Below are positions 1-13,527 of a DNA stretch of 64,000 nt, in pieces. Within the stretch, counting starts at the first letter, position 1. Each line of letters opens with the position of its first letter. The stretch is from Callorhinchus milii (lineage: Eukaryota), in NCBI RefSeq assembly GCF_018977255.1, contig NW_024704742.1, positions 34,722,001-34,786,000 of the forward strand, given 5' to 3'. The notes under the pieces are model-generated. The model ran no database searches, had not been told where the DNA came from, and was given only the letters and a program-made list of their open reading frames with translations. The position numbers and the translations under genes were made by a program.

Positions 1-1374
1 GCTGCATTTGGGGTAAGGTACGGTCAGAGGTGGGCAATGTGGCGAGTTGTAAAAGGGCGGTCCTGGTTAGGGACTGAATGTGGGGGAGAAAGGACAGCTG
101 GAGGTCGAACCAGACGCCTAGTAATAATATTGTGCACTGGTAATAATATTTCACACTTTAATAATAAAATTTATAATATTCCTTACAATTGATACAGCTG
201 CTAACATCGGGAGGACGTTTCTGAGCGCTCCGAGACGTTACCCTGCGTGAAGGGTGCAAGTTGTTGTTGTTGTCTCAAAGTACTTCATGGGATACACTGT
301 GTATCTTGTAAGCAAGATTATTGATTGGTAATGTTGTAACAGATTCAATATGTTAATTGACATGTCAGTTTTTACCACCAGCCCAGCTAAAGTATTTCCA
401 CTGATAAACCTCATGGCACCTTTCGCAGTTTGTCCACCATTACCTTTAATAACAAAGATTGAAGTAACATTTTCTGGAGTGCAGAATAGGGTATGAAGCC
501 AACATAATGAAGCGCTAACTTTCAAGTGAAGAGGCCAGAATTTCACATTTTATTTGTTTGACAACATGATTTTTGAAACACACAAAACAAAATGTATATG
601 AAAAACATTGCTTGAACAATACTTATCAAGAGGTGCACTTTATAAAATGTTTAATTGAAATAGGAATAAAGCAGAGCTATCTACACTTGGACTAAAATAT
701 CAAGTTATATTGAACGATACAGCCATTCAGCCCAACTTCTCCATGTTGGATAAACATGTTGATCTTACGCTTGTATGTTGCACTGATTCAGATCACTAAG
801 ACTCCTTTATTATAACTTGACAGCTATTTTGTTTCCAATTAAGAAACATAATTGACTATTCAAGGCACAAGGAGCAAGCTCTGAGAGCCAATGCAGACTC
901 GATGGGCCAAATGGCCTTCTTCTTCTGCGCTGTACATTTCTGTGATTTTATCATTCTATATTATCAAGGTTGAAAAGGGTAGAGAAGATGAAATAATTGT
1001 AGAAGAAGTGAAAACTTGAAACCTTCTGCATTTTAGTGTTTCACTGTGTTAAATCACCTAGTGTCAGAAGTGCTGCCCTTTTGATGAGACATTAAGCCAA
1101 GGTCCTATCTGCCTGTTCTTCAGGTTGGTTAAAGATCCCATGGCATTGTTTGGATGGACACATAAGAGACATGAGGAAACAGAAGCTACCAGACATTACA
1201 ACAGTGGTTCATTGTAAAGCAGATAGGATTTTTTTTAGATAAATGTTCTAAAGTTACAGAACAGGAATGATAGAGAAATGCTTTTGCCAAAGTAAAATTA
1301 TGGGCTTGGATTGCATACGTGGTTGTCTGCAACACACAATGCAATCAACAAAAGGGGTAGAGTACTGCACAATA

Positions 1375-2045
1375 ACATCAACTTGCATTTATATAGCCCC
1401 CTTCATGCAGGGTAGTGTCTCAGAACACTTGGCAATGGCAGAGTACGACACCGATTCAGAAGATGGGAGGGACAGACCATAAGCGCAATCAAATAGGGAG
1501 GTCTCCAGGCATGACCTGAAGACAGGGAAGGGGAATGGGGGAAGGGAGGGGCGCACAAGGTGGAGGGATAGAGAAGAGACCTTTCTTTTCGACCGTGCCT
1601 TCGGTCACCTTCTTCCCTCTCCCCCTGGCTCGACTCTGGGATCTGTTATTGTGAAGTGCTCTGAGACACCGTCTGGCATGGAGGGCGCTATATAAATCCA
1701 AGTTGTTGTTCCAGTTTCAGGGCGCAGTGGTTGCGGTGACTAGTTTGGTGAGTATGAGGTATAGACCAGGGAGGTTGAGGAGGTCAGAGCCACAGGAGAG
1801 AAGACATTGAGAAGAGCCAAGGAGTATGGCTTCCATCTTATCAACATTCATCAGTAGGAAGTTGTTCGCTCATCCAGAGCCTGATGTCCACCAAACAAGC
1901 TGACAGAACATCAGATGCCCTGAAATCGCAGCTGGAGGAAGAGAAATAGTTTTGTGTGTCATCAGCATACATGTGGAAGTTAACTCTGTATCTGCGGATG
2001 ACATTGCCGAGAGAGAGGGTGTAGATGGGGAAGAGGAGGGGGCTA
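1375..2045 (-). mobile_element. L2 fragments immediately downstream of RRH
   Basis: Minus strand reads FHMYADDT (TTCCACATGTATGCTGATGACAC) and LLMNVDKME. L2-type tails at ~1375-1430 (minus) and ~1650-1710 (plus). Confidence 0.7.
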
Positions 2046-2095
2046 AGAATGAGTCCTGAGGTACGATTTGAATGCAGATTTCAATAAAAACAGTT

Positions 2096-5000
2096 TTATT
2101 CTGTTAGGGGGACCCGTGAGATGGTCATTGGCAGAGTGTGGTTGATGGTTATCTCCTGACGATTCTGGCAGCATATCATAGCCATGATAGCTTTCCGAAA
2201 CCTGAAAGGCAAAACAAACACATTCAGATACATTCAGGTAAACAACTAATGAAAATGCTTCATCTTGTAAAGCAATAGACACTTACTTCTTATTTGCAAT
2301 AACATATATACAGGGATTATAGAAAGTGGAAGACTTGGCAAAAAGGGGAGCTATAATTGCCATCGCAGGTGGAATGAGTTTTGGGTTCCCAAAGGATGCC
2401 CACAGACACACAATAGAATATGGGGACCAAGCCAGAAGGAACATCACAATCATCACCACAGACATCTGTTAGAAACACAAGAAAAATAGAAGAGTTGTAT
2501 TAATTTCGTTTGAATGAATTACTTCTGTTTCTCTCCCCCACAGTTCAGCATCACAAGTAGGTCATTCACCTCATTAAGCATGTTCTGTAGTTTGATTAGA
2601 TTGTGGCAGATATTAGAATATCATTTCTCTGTCTTCTCCATATCTATTATTTCCCAAATGTCCATCTATTTCCCTTTTAAAGGGAGTCTCCAGTTAAAAA
2701 TTGAGTCAAGGATTTAAACCAGAGATTTCCTTGCTTGGTACAGCTCAGCACTTCACCATATACTGGAATTACCCATCAAACAATCTGGTGAATATAGTTT
2801 GAATTTATTTAATCGGTAAATGAACCTTCTCCCCAAACTTCAGCAGTTCCCGCCTCTCTCCCCCCATCCCCCACTAAGTCCTATTTGATAGAGCAATAAA
2901 AAGCATTTTGACACCTAACTATTCCACTTGCACTCAAAATGATAATTTCAGGCCGGAGGTGAAAGAAATGCAGAGCTATAGCTTATCCATATTGACCCTG
3001 TCAGGCTCAGTAGGTCAGATTCAAACTGGAGATTTCCACGCTGCATTTAGTCATTAAACGATGCTACTTTCATTTTTTTTTAAAAAAAGAAAATTGCATA
3101 CAATTTTAAGTTGCAAATTTCAGTCTGTAGAATTATGGTATTCTCACAATGTTAAAAAGAAACTGTAAAGTTCCTGTAAAAAAAATCATAATTCTATAAC
3201 AAAATATTTTAAAAATGCCACGATTCAGTTTGAATATCAGAAAGAATGATTTCCTGTTACAGCACTTACCTTTGTTACATCCAGCTGATCTGACCAATCC
3301 AGGTTTATATTTTCCGGGCTGGGGCTGCTTATAAACCTACTCATCGTTTTTGACACATTGTAATAGCAGAAGAACATGACTGATAGTGGCACCACAAAGT
3401 TAACAGCAATCACTGTCATGGTGTAGGAAACAAACAGTCTGAGAACAAAAACAAATAGGGCTTCAATGAATCAACACAACCATAACTTTCTTCTGACTCC
3501 TCCTCTGACAAGCCGGTGATGTTTATTTTTATAAATAAACAATCTAAACTCCAAATTGACCCAGATCCAGCAGAGCCAACACAAAGATGCGAAAGCAAAG
3601 TGAGAGCAGGAACATGACCAGGGAATTCCAAATGCTAAAAAAAATGCAAAAAAAAAGGGTTACTATTCGTTCTTTTTTATAGTCAGCTGGGCGTCTGCGG
3701 AAACCCATCATCATGCTTAAGAGGATCCAAGCCAAACTGAGAGTTCCATCATCCCACCTACACATGGAAATTTCCGAGATATTTATTGGAGTGGAATGCT
3801 ATTCCCAGTGACTGGTTTGCCCTTCCAAGTCCTTGTGACGAGCCAGGTTGGCTGAGCTGTCATCAGCAATACCCTAAATTACTGTTAACCTGCCTGGCTC
3901 AGGAACTGAGCACTGCCACGAAGGGTGGACGCTATTAGCATTCCTTTCCCAGGTTCGTTATTCTCACAATGACAAGAGAACTCCATTAAACTCAGACCTT
4001 ACACTACAATGAGGAACTCCCAGGTCACTGCTAACATTACTGCATGCACAGAAAGCCAAATGCCCACCTTAGAAAATAGCACAGGTCCACTGTACATTCA
4101 CATTATAAGCAGAAACCTTACCCCACCCCCCCTCCCCACCCCTATTGTGCTGTGTGTTATAACTTTATTTGTAAAGTTAACACCCTCCACCCCCACCATA
4201 AACACAAGCAAACACACATATAGCAATATTCCCTTGAAGAGTTGTTATTTGTGTTCATTATATTTTCAGAGACTCTGAAATATAGTTTTCATTTCTTAAG
4301 CATTAACCGATTATACCGATCTGGAAAACCAGTGCCATGAACAAGCAGGAAAGTAAAGAGAAAAGTACATAAAGGGTCAACTTACGAGTTGTTGTTCCTC
4401 CAGTTAATAGTGCACGTGGCTCCTGTTGGATCTGGGGCATAACTAGCCCAGCCCACTACAGGCATCAGAGCCCAGAACAGACCATTGACCCAAGCCACTG
4501 TGATCAGGGCTGTGTATGTGGAACTGGTCATTCTTCTTCCTGTGGAGAGGAATTCTTGAGTAATCAACCACATGAAATTTTCGCACAGCTATAATCAAAG
4601 TCAGCGTAAATCAATTACAAAATATTTAGTGTGGAATAATCATTGAATTGGAGTTTGTTACAAAAGAATAATGGGATCAGTCAGTGTTATCTGAAGGAGC
4701 TGGTAACCAACTCCAATCCGATTGATATTTCACATAATGCATACTTTGTACTGACAAGGAATCAAAGGTCTGTAAATTCCACTACTATAATAAAGCCATG
4801 GAGAAAATAATAGAGTCCAAAATTATAACTAGATATGTTATGTCAAATGCGACTCTTAAATCATACGCCACCTTTGCACACATCGTCTCTCATGTCATTT
4901 TTAGTTATCTTTCAATTGCAGTTCTCATACAGAGACTTAAAACAACCTTGGGAAATATAAGGCAATATGTAGCATCCGTCAGTGACAGTTTAACTCAGAA

Positions 5001-8000
5001 CGTGACATTTTCACCTCTGATTGTGGGTTCAATCTCCATATTGGAACCTGAGATCATCACCTGGATTGACACTCCAGTGCACTACTAGAAGAGGTGCCAT
5101 TATATAAAATGAAATATTCAGCAGATTCAGTCTGCCTGTTATTCACATGGGTTAAAGATCTCATTGACACTATTCGAAAAGAGAATTACATTTTTCCTTG
5201 GCCAACAATTCTCTGAGTTAATTTCCCATTCACAAAATGGATGTTTGTGGGGTTTTGATGAGTATGGGGTCTTACTGTGTGCAAAGGGCTGCTGCATTTG
5301 CCTCTGGAACAAACAGTCACGACACTCGGCAATAATTACTTAAAAACATTGGGACGTTTCGAAGTAACAACATTCCATAAAAGTACAATTTAAAAAAAAC
5401 AAGTTCTATTGGGCCACGTGACTGAAGTATGATTAAAGTATTACCTATTTCAGGTTTGCTAATGGTCAGGTAACGGTCAATGGCGACCACAGTAAGTAAC
5501 CCAATGCTTGTCATTCCAAAAAATATATTTAGAGCTGCATAAGTCTGAAAGAAAGCAAATAAAGTGCAAGCACATTACCCACTACAAGAGTGTCAACACG
5601 TGTGCAATTCAGCTTTCAATCATTTTAACTCTGCGATGTGCTATACATGAAAAGCCAACAGGGTTTAATTGGTAGTTTTACTTAATAGGATTCCACAATG
5701 AGGAATTTAGTCAGGATTCCTATCAGAAAGAGATTGTGTCAGGTTGGCATTAGACAGAAAATGCCCAGCACCCAATTTTTCTAAAACAGTTGTGACTTCA
5801 GTTACATTGACATTAATAATAATAATGTCACTCGATCCATGACTGTTTGTGGAACACTACTTTGCGCAATTGGCTGCTGTGTTTCGCTGACAAAATATAC
5901 AGTCAATTCACTTTAGAGTATATTCTGTGAGTGCTTTAGAAGTTTTAACAACATGATAAGGTGCTGTATCAAATGCAAGGATTATTATTATTCCTGTAGG
6001 TCGTCCTGATGTAGTTCTGTTTACCAGGAATCCTATTTTGTGTGACTCAGATTCTTCATAGAAAAATTTCACAAACCAGATACCAATGTCTGGAGGGATG
6101 TTGGTGGTTCAAAGTTATGTTTTGATTGGCATAACATTCCTAACTGCTTGTAGTGCTTGAAATTAAGGTAAAACTGTGTACTTAAAAATAAAGCATGGAT
6201 TACATATTATGACAATTGATTTAATCTTAGGTGTCCTATAACAATCTTAAATGACTATAGGTGTTAACCTGGCTCAGTTGGTAGCACAGCCCCCCCACCC
6301 CCACCATCCTATGGCAATATTCAAAAAGAGAAGGCAATTTCTCCCAGTGTTCTGCCCACAAATCCCGAGATAAAATTGGTCATTCTCTTCATTGCTGAGT
6401 GCAGATTGGGTGCCGCATTTACCTTTAAATATAGTTACTCAGTTTCAGCGTTCCACCCAGCGTGAAAGGCACCACATAAATGCAATTTGTTGTTTACCAA
6501 CAAAATGCTTTGAGACATTTTGGCATGATAGGCACGATATAAAATGCAAGGCTTATTATTAATAAGAGAGGGGAGAAAATATGATATTTCAATTGGTAAA
6601 ACAACTACCGATTTTTATTTTTAAACCAATTTCTTTTGGTGAACTCCCAGCTCCCAACTTATGATCAAGGGGCCTCACTAACAAGCATATTGACGTAAAT
6701 CAGCCATGATCTAATGCAATGGCAGAGGGGCTTAATTGCCTACTTCTGTTCCTATGATATATTTTATTCCAACCGACTCAACATTGAAACAAACTTCAGA
6801 AGTGAGCTGTATTATAAAACTAATATCTTGACCGTGCTCACACATTGTGCTAAACATGGATTTGGACACCCTCGCTTAAAAATCAATAATGAATTTAAGA
6901 AAATACCCTGACAGGTCACAATAGTAATTTTTATTCAAGAAACATAAAATATCCTGTTCCTTTAAGTTTATTTGGAAACAACCTAGCAACATAGCCGTAG
7001 TACCCTGAAGGATTACACTATACAAGAGAGTATTTGTTTATTCTAATCTTCACCACTGCTGGTGGTTACGTAAGATCTCTGGCTCATTGAAAATGTTCCT
7101 GAATTATACAATATCATGATTCAATCACTTGTTCTGGCCAAGCCTTTGCTAAGGTGACATATGCTATTGCTACCCTGAGTGAAGGGTACTATATAACTGC
7201 AAGTTGTTGTTGTTTTTCCCATCTACCTGTTCAGGTGGATGTTAAGTTAGATCACTTTGGATGAGACTTGAATTCAGCCTGGATCTAAACAACTGATAGA
7301 GCAATATCATCTATCATTAATTTGCTGTACTTGTCTCATGGCTTGCTGTAGGATATATCTGGAGGGCATTCTTACAAGAGTATAAATAACAGTTTTGTTC
7401 ACAGTGTACTGGGTAGGATAAGTAAAGTATATTTTTTATACTCTTGTGACAAGAGGGATGTACCTGATAATCCTTAATTGCAGATTGGGCGTATGAAATG
7501 TTGCTGCATGCTAAGCAGGACCTGTTATTTTGGAGTAAGTTGCTGGAAGAGTTTGTTTAGCTCAGTCAGCACGCTTGCCTCAGGAATCGAGAGTGTGATT
7601 TTGATCCTCGCTCCTGTATTTAACTGATGATCTAGGCTGATTATTTGGGACATGTGAGATGAGAGATGCTAAACTTGTTCTGACAGTTGAGATAGGGTTT
7701 AAAGATGCCATGGTAGTATTTCAAAGCGCAGGGAACTGAAGTGCTTTGAGACATCCTAGAGGGAAATTGTTGTTGTTGTAGAGGGAAATGAAAGGCATCT
7801 ATATAAATGCAGATTGTTATTCTTACACTGTCCTAACTAATATGAGCCCCCTCCCCATCAAACTTCACCAACATAATAAAGATTCATTACCATTTGTGGG
7901 ATGTTGCAGTTGCAGATTTTCTTTCTTTTTGTCAATATTTAAAAGTGAACTATCTTTTCGGGACTTACTTAATTTATCAACTGATTTAAATCGCCCCCCA

Positions 8001-9355
8001 CCCCATTCCATCCACACATCACAATTGCCAGGTGAGGTGCTGCCTGTGAACTTGTGATTGGAATATTTTACAATGTGATAATTATCACCAGTGAAAATAT
8101 CACAGAAGATAAACGTTATCTCATCATGTGAAATGGTTTAGACACCATAGTAATAAGGAAGAATATTTAATAAAAATCACAATGATATTAAGAAAAGTTT
8201 TGATTTTTTTTTAAAAAAAAGTGCATTTCCCATTTGCAGACTGACCTGACACCCCGCATGTCCAAATTTCCAACTACCGTGCAGGTCTGAGGCAGCTGAC
8301 ATTGGATAGCCAATGCCACTCACTCCAATGTCGGTAAAAGCCAAGTTCACGATAATAGCGTTTGTCGCTGTGCGGAGCTCCTTGAACTTAACGAACATAA
8401 TTAACACAATTATGTTGCTGAGTAGACTTATTACTCCTGCAATGAACCACAGTGACAAATTTCTCATTCTTGATCTCCCTGAGGACCAAAGCGAAAGGTT
8501 AACAATTTTAACAGAGTTGTCATGGCCTGGAATGCACTGCCTGAAAAGGAGATGGAAGCAGACTCGATAATAGCTTTCAAAAGGGAATTGGATGGGTACT
8601 TAAAAAGGAAAAATTTGCGGTCTATGGGGTGAGAGCGGAGGAGTGGGACAAATTGGTAACTATTTCAAAGACCTGGCACAGGCACGAAGGGCTGAATAGT
8701 CTCCTTCTGTGCTATAAAATTCAGTGCTTCTATGGTTTGTGCAGCTACAGCAACTTGTGATATAACACATTGCACCCTACTACAACCACTATCTGCAACT
8801 GAAGTATGAAAGATGCATATTTTTTATATCAAAATTCATCTCAAAATTGATTGTTCAATATTTTTGAACCTATTATATTTGAAACCATAGGTGTAGTCCT
8901 GGCCAGCAAATCACCCTAATAAAATTGGTCACTCACTCCGTGGCTGTTTGTAAGGCGTTGCTGTGCACAAACTGACTGCCTTGTTTCACTCACAAAAAAG
9001 TCAATCCACTTTACAATATATCCTATGGAGTGCTTTGAGACAACTCAATAATGTGAGAAAGCATTACATCAATGCAAGGATTATTAAAAGAAGTACTAAT
9101 TCCACTGACAATCAGAGCACCTAAATGAGCTGCATATTTCAATCCTTCTTAATAAACATGAACTACTTCCTAAACTTCAGATCCTGCACGTTTATATTTC
9201 GTATAGAAAATTAAGCGAGTACCTGCAGTTATCAGATAAGTTGCAACAATGATGTGTTCTGTCTGGGAAAACACAGATTTGTGATCCCTTTCTGTAGGAT
9301 CCGTGGAGAGATTGAAGGTAACAGTTCCAGAGAAGTGATTCAAAGCATCTTCCAT
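2096..9355 (-). CDS. RRH: Peropsin (RPE-derived rhodopsin homolog), 7 coding exons, 343 aa
   Basis: Exons join(9223-9355, 8246-8436, 5445-5544, 4386-4539, 3270-3438, 2287-2465, 2096-2201). All introns are GT-AG and in frame, total 1032 nt. Protein has SVFSQTEH, NLAFTDIGVSGIGYPMSAASDL, the DRY motif, WASYAPDPTGATCTINW, the Schiff-base Lys in FAKSSTFYNPCIY, and NKKFR. It lies downstream of GAR1 on the same strand, as in other vertebrates. Confidence 0.96.
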
Positions 9356-12059
9356 TTCAGGCGAAAGTTTACGATACCAAATATAATCTGTAAGGGTTTC
9401 AATTTTATCTGTTCGGTGTGGAGATTGCTGTAGAAATTCAGCCACCACACTACAAGTCGTCCTGTCGCTGTAGTTGTCTAAGGTTAATTGGACTAGCCAG
9501 TGAAAAGGATTTAAATCTGCAGCTCAAAGCCCTTGTTACTTGAACAATGCCCACCACAGATCTGGTATTTTCATCCAACTACTTTACTGTGCAAAGTATT
9601 ATTGAAACGGGATTTGGCAGTCACATGCTGTTTTTCTCTGGTTAAAATAAACCGCATTTTTAGCACCCATCATGAGCAACAGTTATTTTATTCTTCACAC
9701 AGCAGAGACTTCATTCTGTAGAATGTTGCATTGAAAAATAGAGAAACAGAAGGCAGCATTCTGTATTTTTGAAAGAGCACAGGATAATAGTTCATTCAGC
9801 ACACTTTGAAACTACTTTCTGACTGCATCATCACAGTAATCCTTCCCACACTATTCCCTGATCCATGCTAGCAACAGCACATCCTGCAAGTTAAATCTGC
9901 TTTCCCCTTTTTCTGCAAGGTTGCTGTTAAGTATCAGCCCCAGCTGTGTTGTGGAAGCCAGTTGTGAGAATGGGATTACTCGATATACCAACTAACTGGG
10001 AAAGAGCAACTGACCCCACTCGATTTACATTTTAGTGTCTTACTCCAAGTCTCCACCCTTACTTTTGCTCCCTGCCCGTATTCCTTCTTGCCTTTAGATC
10101 AATTCTTGCTACCCGATTCCTACAATTATTCCAAATAATTTGTGTCTTTATCAAATCTTGATTTCTATGTTTCTAAAAGCAGTTTGTCTGTATGTGCCCG
10201 GTCCCTCCTGCTCCAACTGACTCCATCTGTGTCTCAATAACATTACTTACATTGTAAAGTAAATCAGCTAGGTAATATTACAAATTGAAAAAGGCCACTA
10301 TAGTCATGATATTTTCCACTGCACAATCACCGTGGGATTTTAAATGGCCAATCCAAAAATATTCTAAAGTAGTTCACATTAAAGCACTCAATTCCAGTTA
10401 TCTTGTGGTTGGCAATCTGTAAGTAATGCACAGAGTACGCCTGCTATCCTCTGTGCTACAGTACTGCTGCAAGATATTATACCATGCTTAATAACCTGCT
10501 TTATTAAACAAATTAGATACCTAGGTTAACAGAAGTTACAACAGTAGCACAAGAAAAGAGGCAAACCCAAAGGTTACAAATACTAGTTCAATGGAAAATG
10601 TAAACTCATTTAAACAATTCTGGCTAACAAACCAGTCACCATATACCGAGGGCTCACATACAACAATGCAGAACCCTCTCTTCCTTTACATTATGTAATG
10701 AGGGAACCTCGAACAATTCTTGAGCAATTTCCACGTGCTTTACTGCCCACAAACTGCTACCACTCCTGACAGTGGCTTCTCTTCAACTCTTCATCTTACC
10801 TGGCTGGTAAGATCAGGATGCCTACTGCAAGAAGCAGAGTCATTTAAATTCAATCAATCAAATCGTTAAAACTAATTGGTGCTTATAGCAAAGTGCTCTC
10901 AAGATATATCCAAGCACTTCATTACCCTGGTAGATAAAGTAGCTTCACACTGGATTGCCATCAGTTAATGGTCAAACTTAAATAACCAGTCGAGTTTCTT
11001 GTGAGAGTCAAAAGTGCAACAAGACTTTCTAAAATCTTGTTGATGTAACAGTATACCAGGAAAATAAATCTGATCCCTTTAGCTCTCAAAAGTCAAAATA
11101 GCAATTGAACTACCAATTTATCATTGCACATATCATGGAAGTTTATAATGATATACAGAAATAAAAATCTAAATGGCAATCCAAACGCACTTACCTGGGG
11201 ATCAGTCAAATAGATTGACAATTATAAACAACCAACTTGATGCTGTATTCTGGAAAGACGAGATCCTATTCATCTAAATCTCTCTTGCAATGCTTTTTGA
11301 CAATAGTGTTACACTATTACACTGATCTGATAGATTATATCAATGACATCACCACCATGACAGACAGGGCACTTTGGCAGATAGAGAACTTTGTATTGTA
11401 ACCACTATAATAATCTTTGCATTTAATATAGCACTTTTCACATCAGGAGGACATCCCAAAGAGCTTCACAGGATTTATATTCTAAAGTGCAGTAAGTTTA
11501 TTTGAAGGTGAACGCGGCAGTGAATTTCTCACAACAAATATCCCACAAATAGCAGCAGAGCACTCGATAAAATTGAGCCACTTCATTTCTTGCATCCTGT
11601 TAAAAACAAATAAACTTCAAAGATTACAAATCAAAACCAGGAAACTGAAATTCAAAATGATCAATGGACAAATTTGTTTATCAGAGAAATTTTAAACTTA
11701 GAAAAATAGCAGTTAAGTGTCCGACATCCGATGCTGCTGAAAGTTGTTTGGCGAACTATTACATTCTATTACTTCCATGTAAATGCATTTGAATTTGCAT
11801 TTAAATGTACTCGAGACAAAGATTACATTTGCAATTGTATCTAAATGTCCGAGTGAAACATCTGAAGTTGACCAAATACCTTTGTAAGATTTTCAAATGC
11901 TTCCAATAAATACCTGATACTTCGGTTGACAGGTGGCCTTTAGTCACATTAGAGACACAGATCAGGTATTGTTGCTTTGCCCTTTGAGGCTGATCCATTG
12001 AACTAGTGGCAAGACAACCAGCTGAGGTTCCCTCTTTTAGCCCTGCAAGCAAAATATTA

Positions 12060-12705
12060 TTTGTGTACTCGCTTCATCTGACAAGGCAAAGGGGATGTGG
12101 GATGGAGTTCCAGAGGGTGGGGGCAGAGAGGCTGAAGGTCCGGCCGCCGATGGCGAGGCATGGAGCAGGCCTGCAGAGCGGAATGGGCGAATTGGTTGAC
12201 GTGGGTTAGCATGTCGGAGGTAGGAGGGGGCAAGGCCTTGGATGGCCTTGAAGGTGAGGATGACAATTTTGAACTCGATCCTGAGGGATGGGGAGCCAGT
12301 GGTGCCAGGCGAGGGTGGGTGCGATGGGGTCACGGAGCCTGGTGTGGGAGAGGACATGAGCTGCAGAGTTCTGGATGATCTGCAGCTTGTGGAGGGAAGA
12401 GTTGGGAAGGCCGACAAGCAGGGAGTTGGCATAATCGAGCCTGGTTGTACTGAAGGCATGTATGAGGATTTCGGGGCCTGAGGGGTAAGGCAGTGGCGGA
12501 ACTGGGCAATGTTGCAGAGGTGGAAGAGGCAGAACAGTTCAAAGCACGGATGTGGAGTAGAAAGGAAAGTTGAGGGTCGAACAAGACGTCTATGTACCTG
12601 ACTGACTTGGTGAGGTATCCTTGGATGCTGATGCTGCCAGTGCCTGAGGTGCAGAAGCACTGGCGAGAGCCAATTATGAGAGGCTCGGTCTGGCTGACAT
12701 TCAAC
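12060..12705 (-). mobile_element. L2 LINE fragment (RT C-terminal region)
   Basis: Homologous to 62900-63550; IEFKIVILTFKAIQGLAPSYL. Confidence 0.85.
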
Positions 12706-13527
12706 AGGTAGACATTTAAAGATCCAATACAGTTAGCTAATATTGCCCCAGATAAAATTGGTTAATCACCACTTTGTCACTGGTTTGTCACATTCCTATG
12801 TGCAAATTGGCTGTGATCACCCATGAAATAGTCACAAAACCACAGTAAACCCTGTAAAAGTACTTTGAGATGGCCTTCCAAAGTAAACAGTGCTATATCA
12901 AATGCAAGTAATATTATTTGCTTCAAGACAATTAATATTTAACATCATGCAGTCCCTAGCTTCTTAGGGTAATTGTATGCATTTTCTACCCCATTTAATT
13001 TAAAATAATGAGTTCTAAAGTTTATGTAAAAACAGTATTTATTTTAAAACAAATATCATAATGAAATACTTAACAGTTTGAACCAGTTCTGTAGACTGAA
13101 TATTGTTAAAACCAATAAAACTGTTGTTGTACAGACCAATTCTTTACTTCAATATAAATCCATTTTTTTCACTGTTTTGTACACAAATTTATCAAGAACT
13201 AGTAGGTTAACTATTGGGTTCAATAGTAGGAATTTCAATCAGTATATAATCCGTTGATCAGTCTGACCTACTGGACTCTGAAACAAATGTAATCCAAATC
13301 GATACCAAAAAACAAGAGATGTTACCGTATTGCTGCGTGAATAATACAAAATGTTGTTAGAATTGTAATAACATTAACATTTACAGACAATAAACTACTT
13401 TTATTTTGATAAAAAAACAATGTTCTTCAGACTTCTTGCAGTTCATAAAAGGAACTCCATTTTCTGGACTCGCAGGAGGACTAAAATGGTAAATATTTTG
13501 TGGCCAATCTTGAAACATCCACTGTTT

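Noticed and set aside
9356..9448. N-terminal extension of RRH suggested by the ORF track
   Set aside because: Begins at GTG; the first in-frame ATG at 9355 gives a normal-length peropsin.
10889..10922. AAGTGCT-containing hairpin resembling miR-302/430
   Set aside because: Stem is only ~8-10 bp, too short for a pre-miRNA, and it is not part of a cluster.
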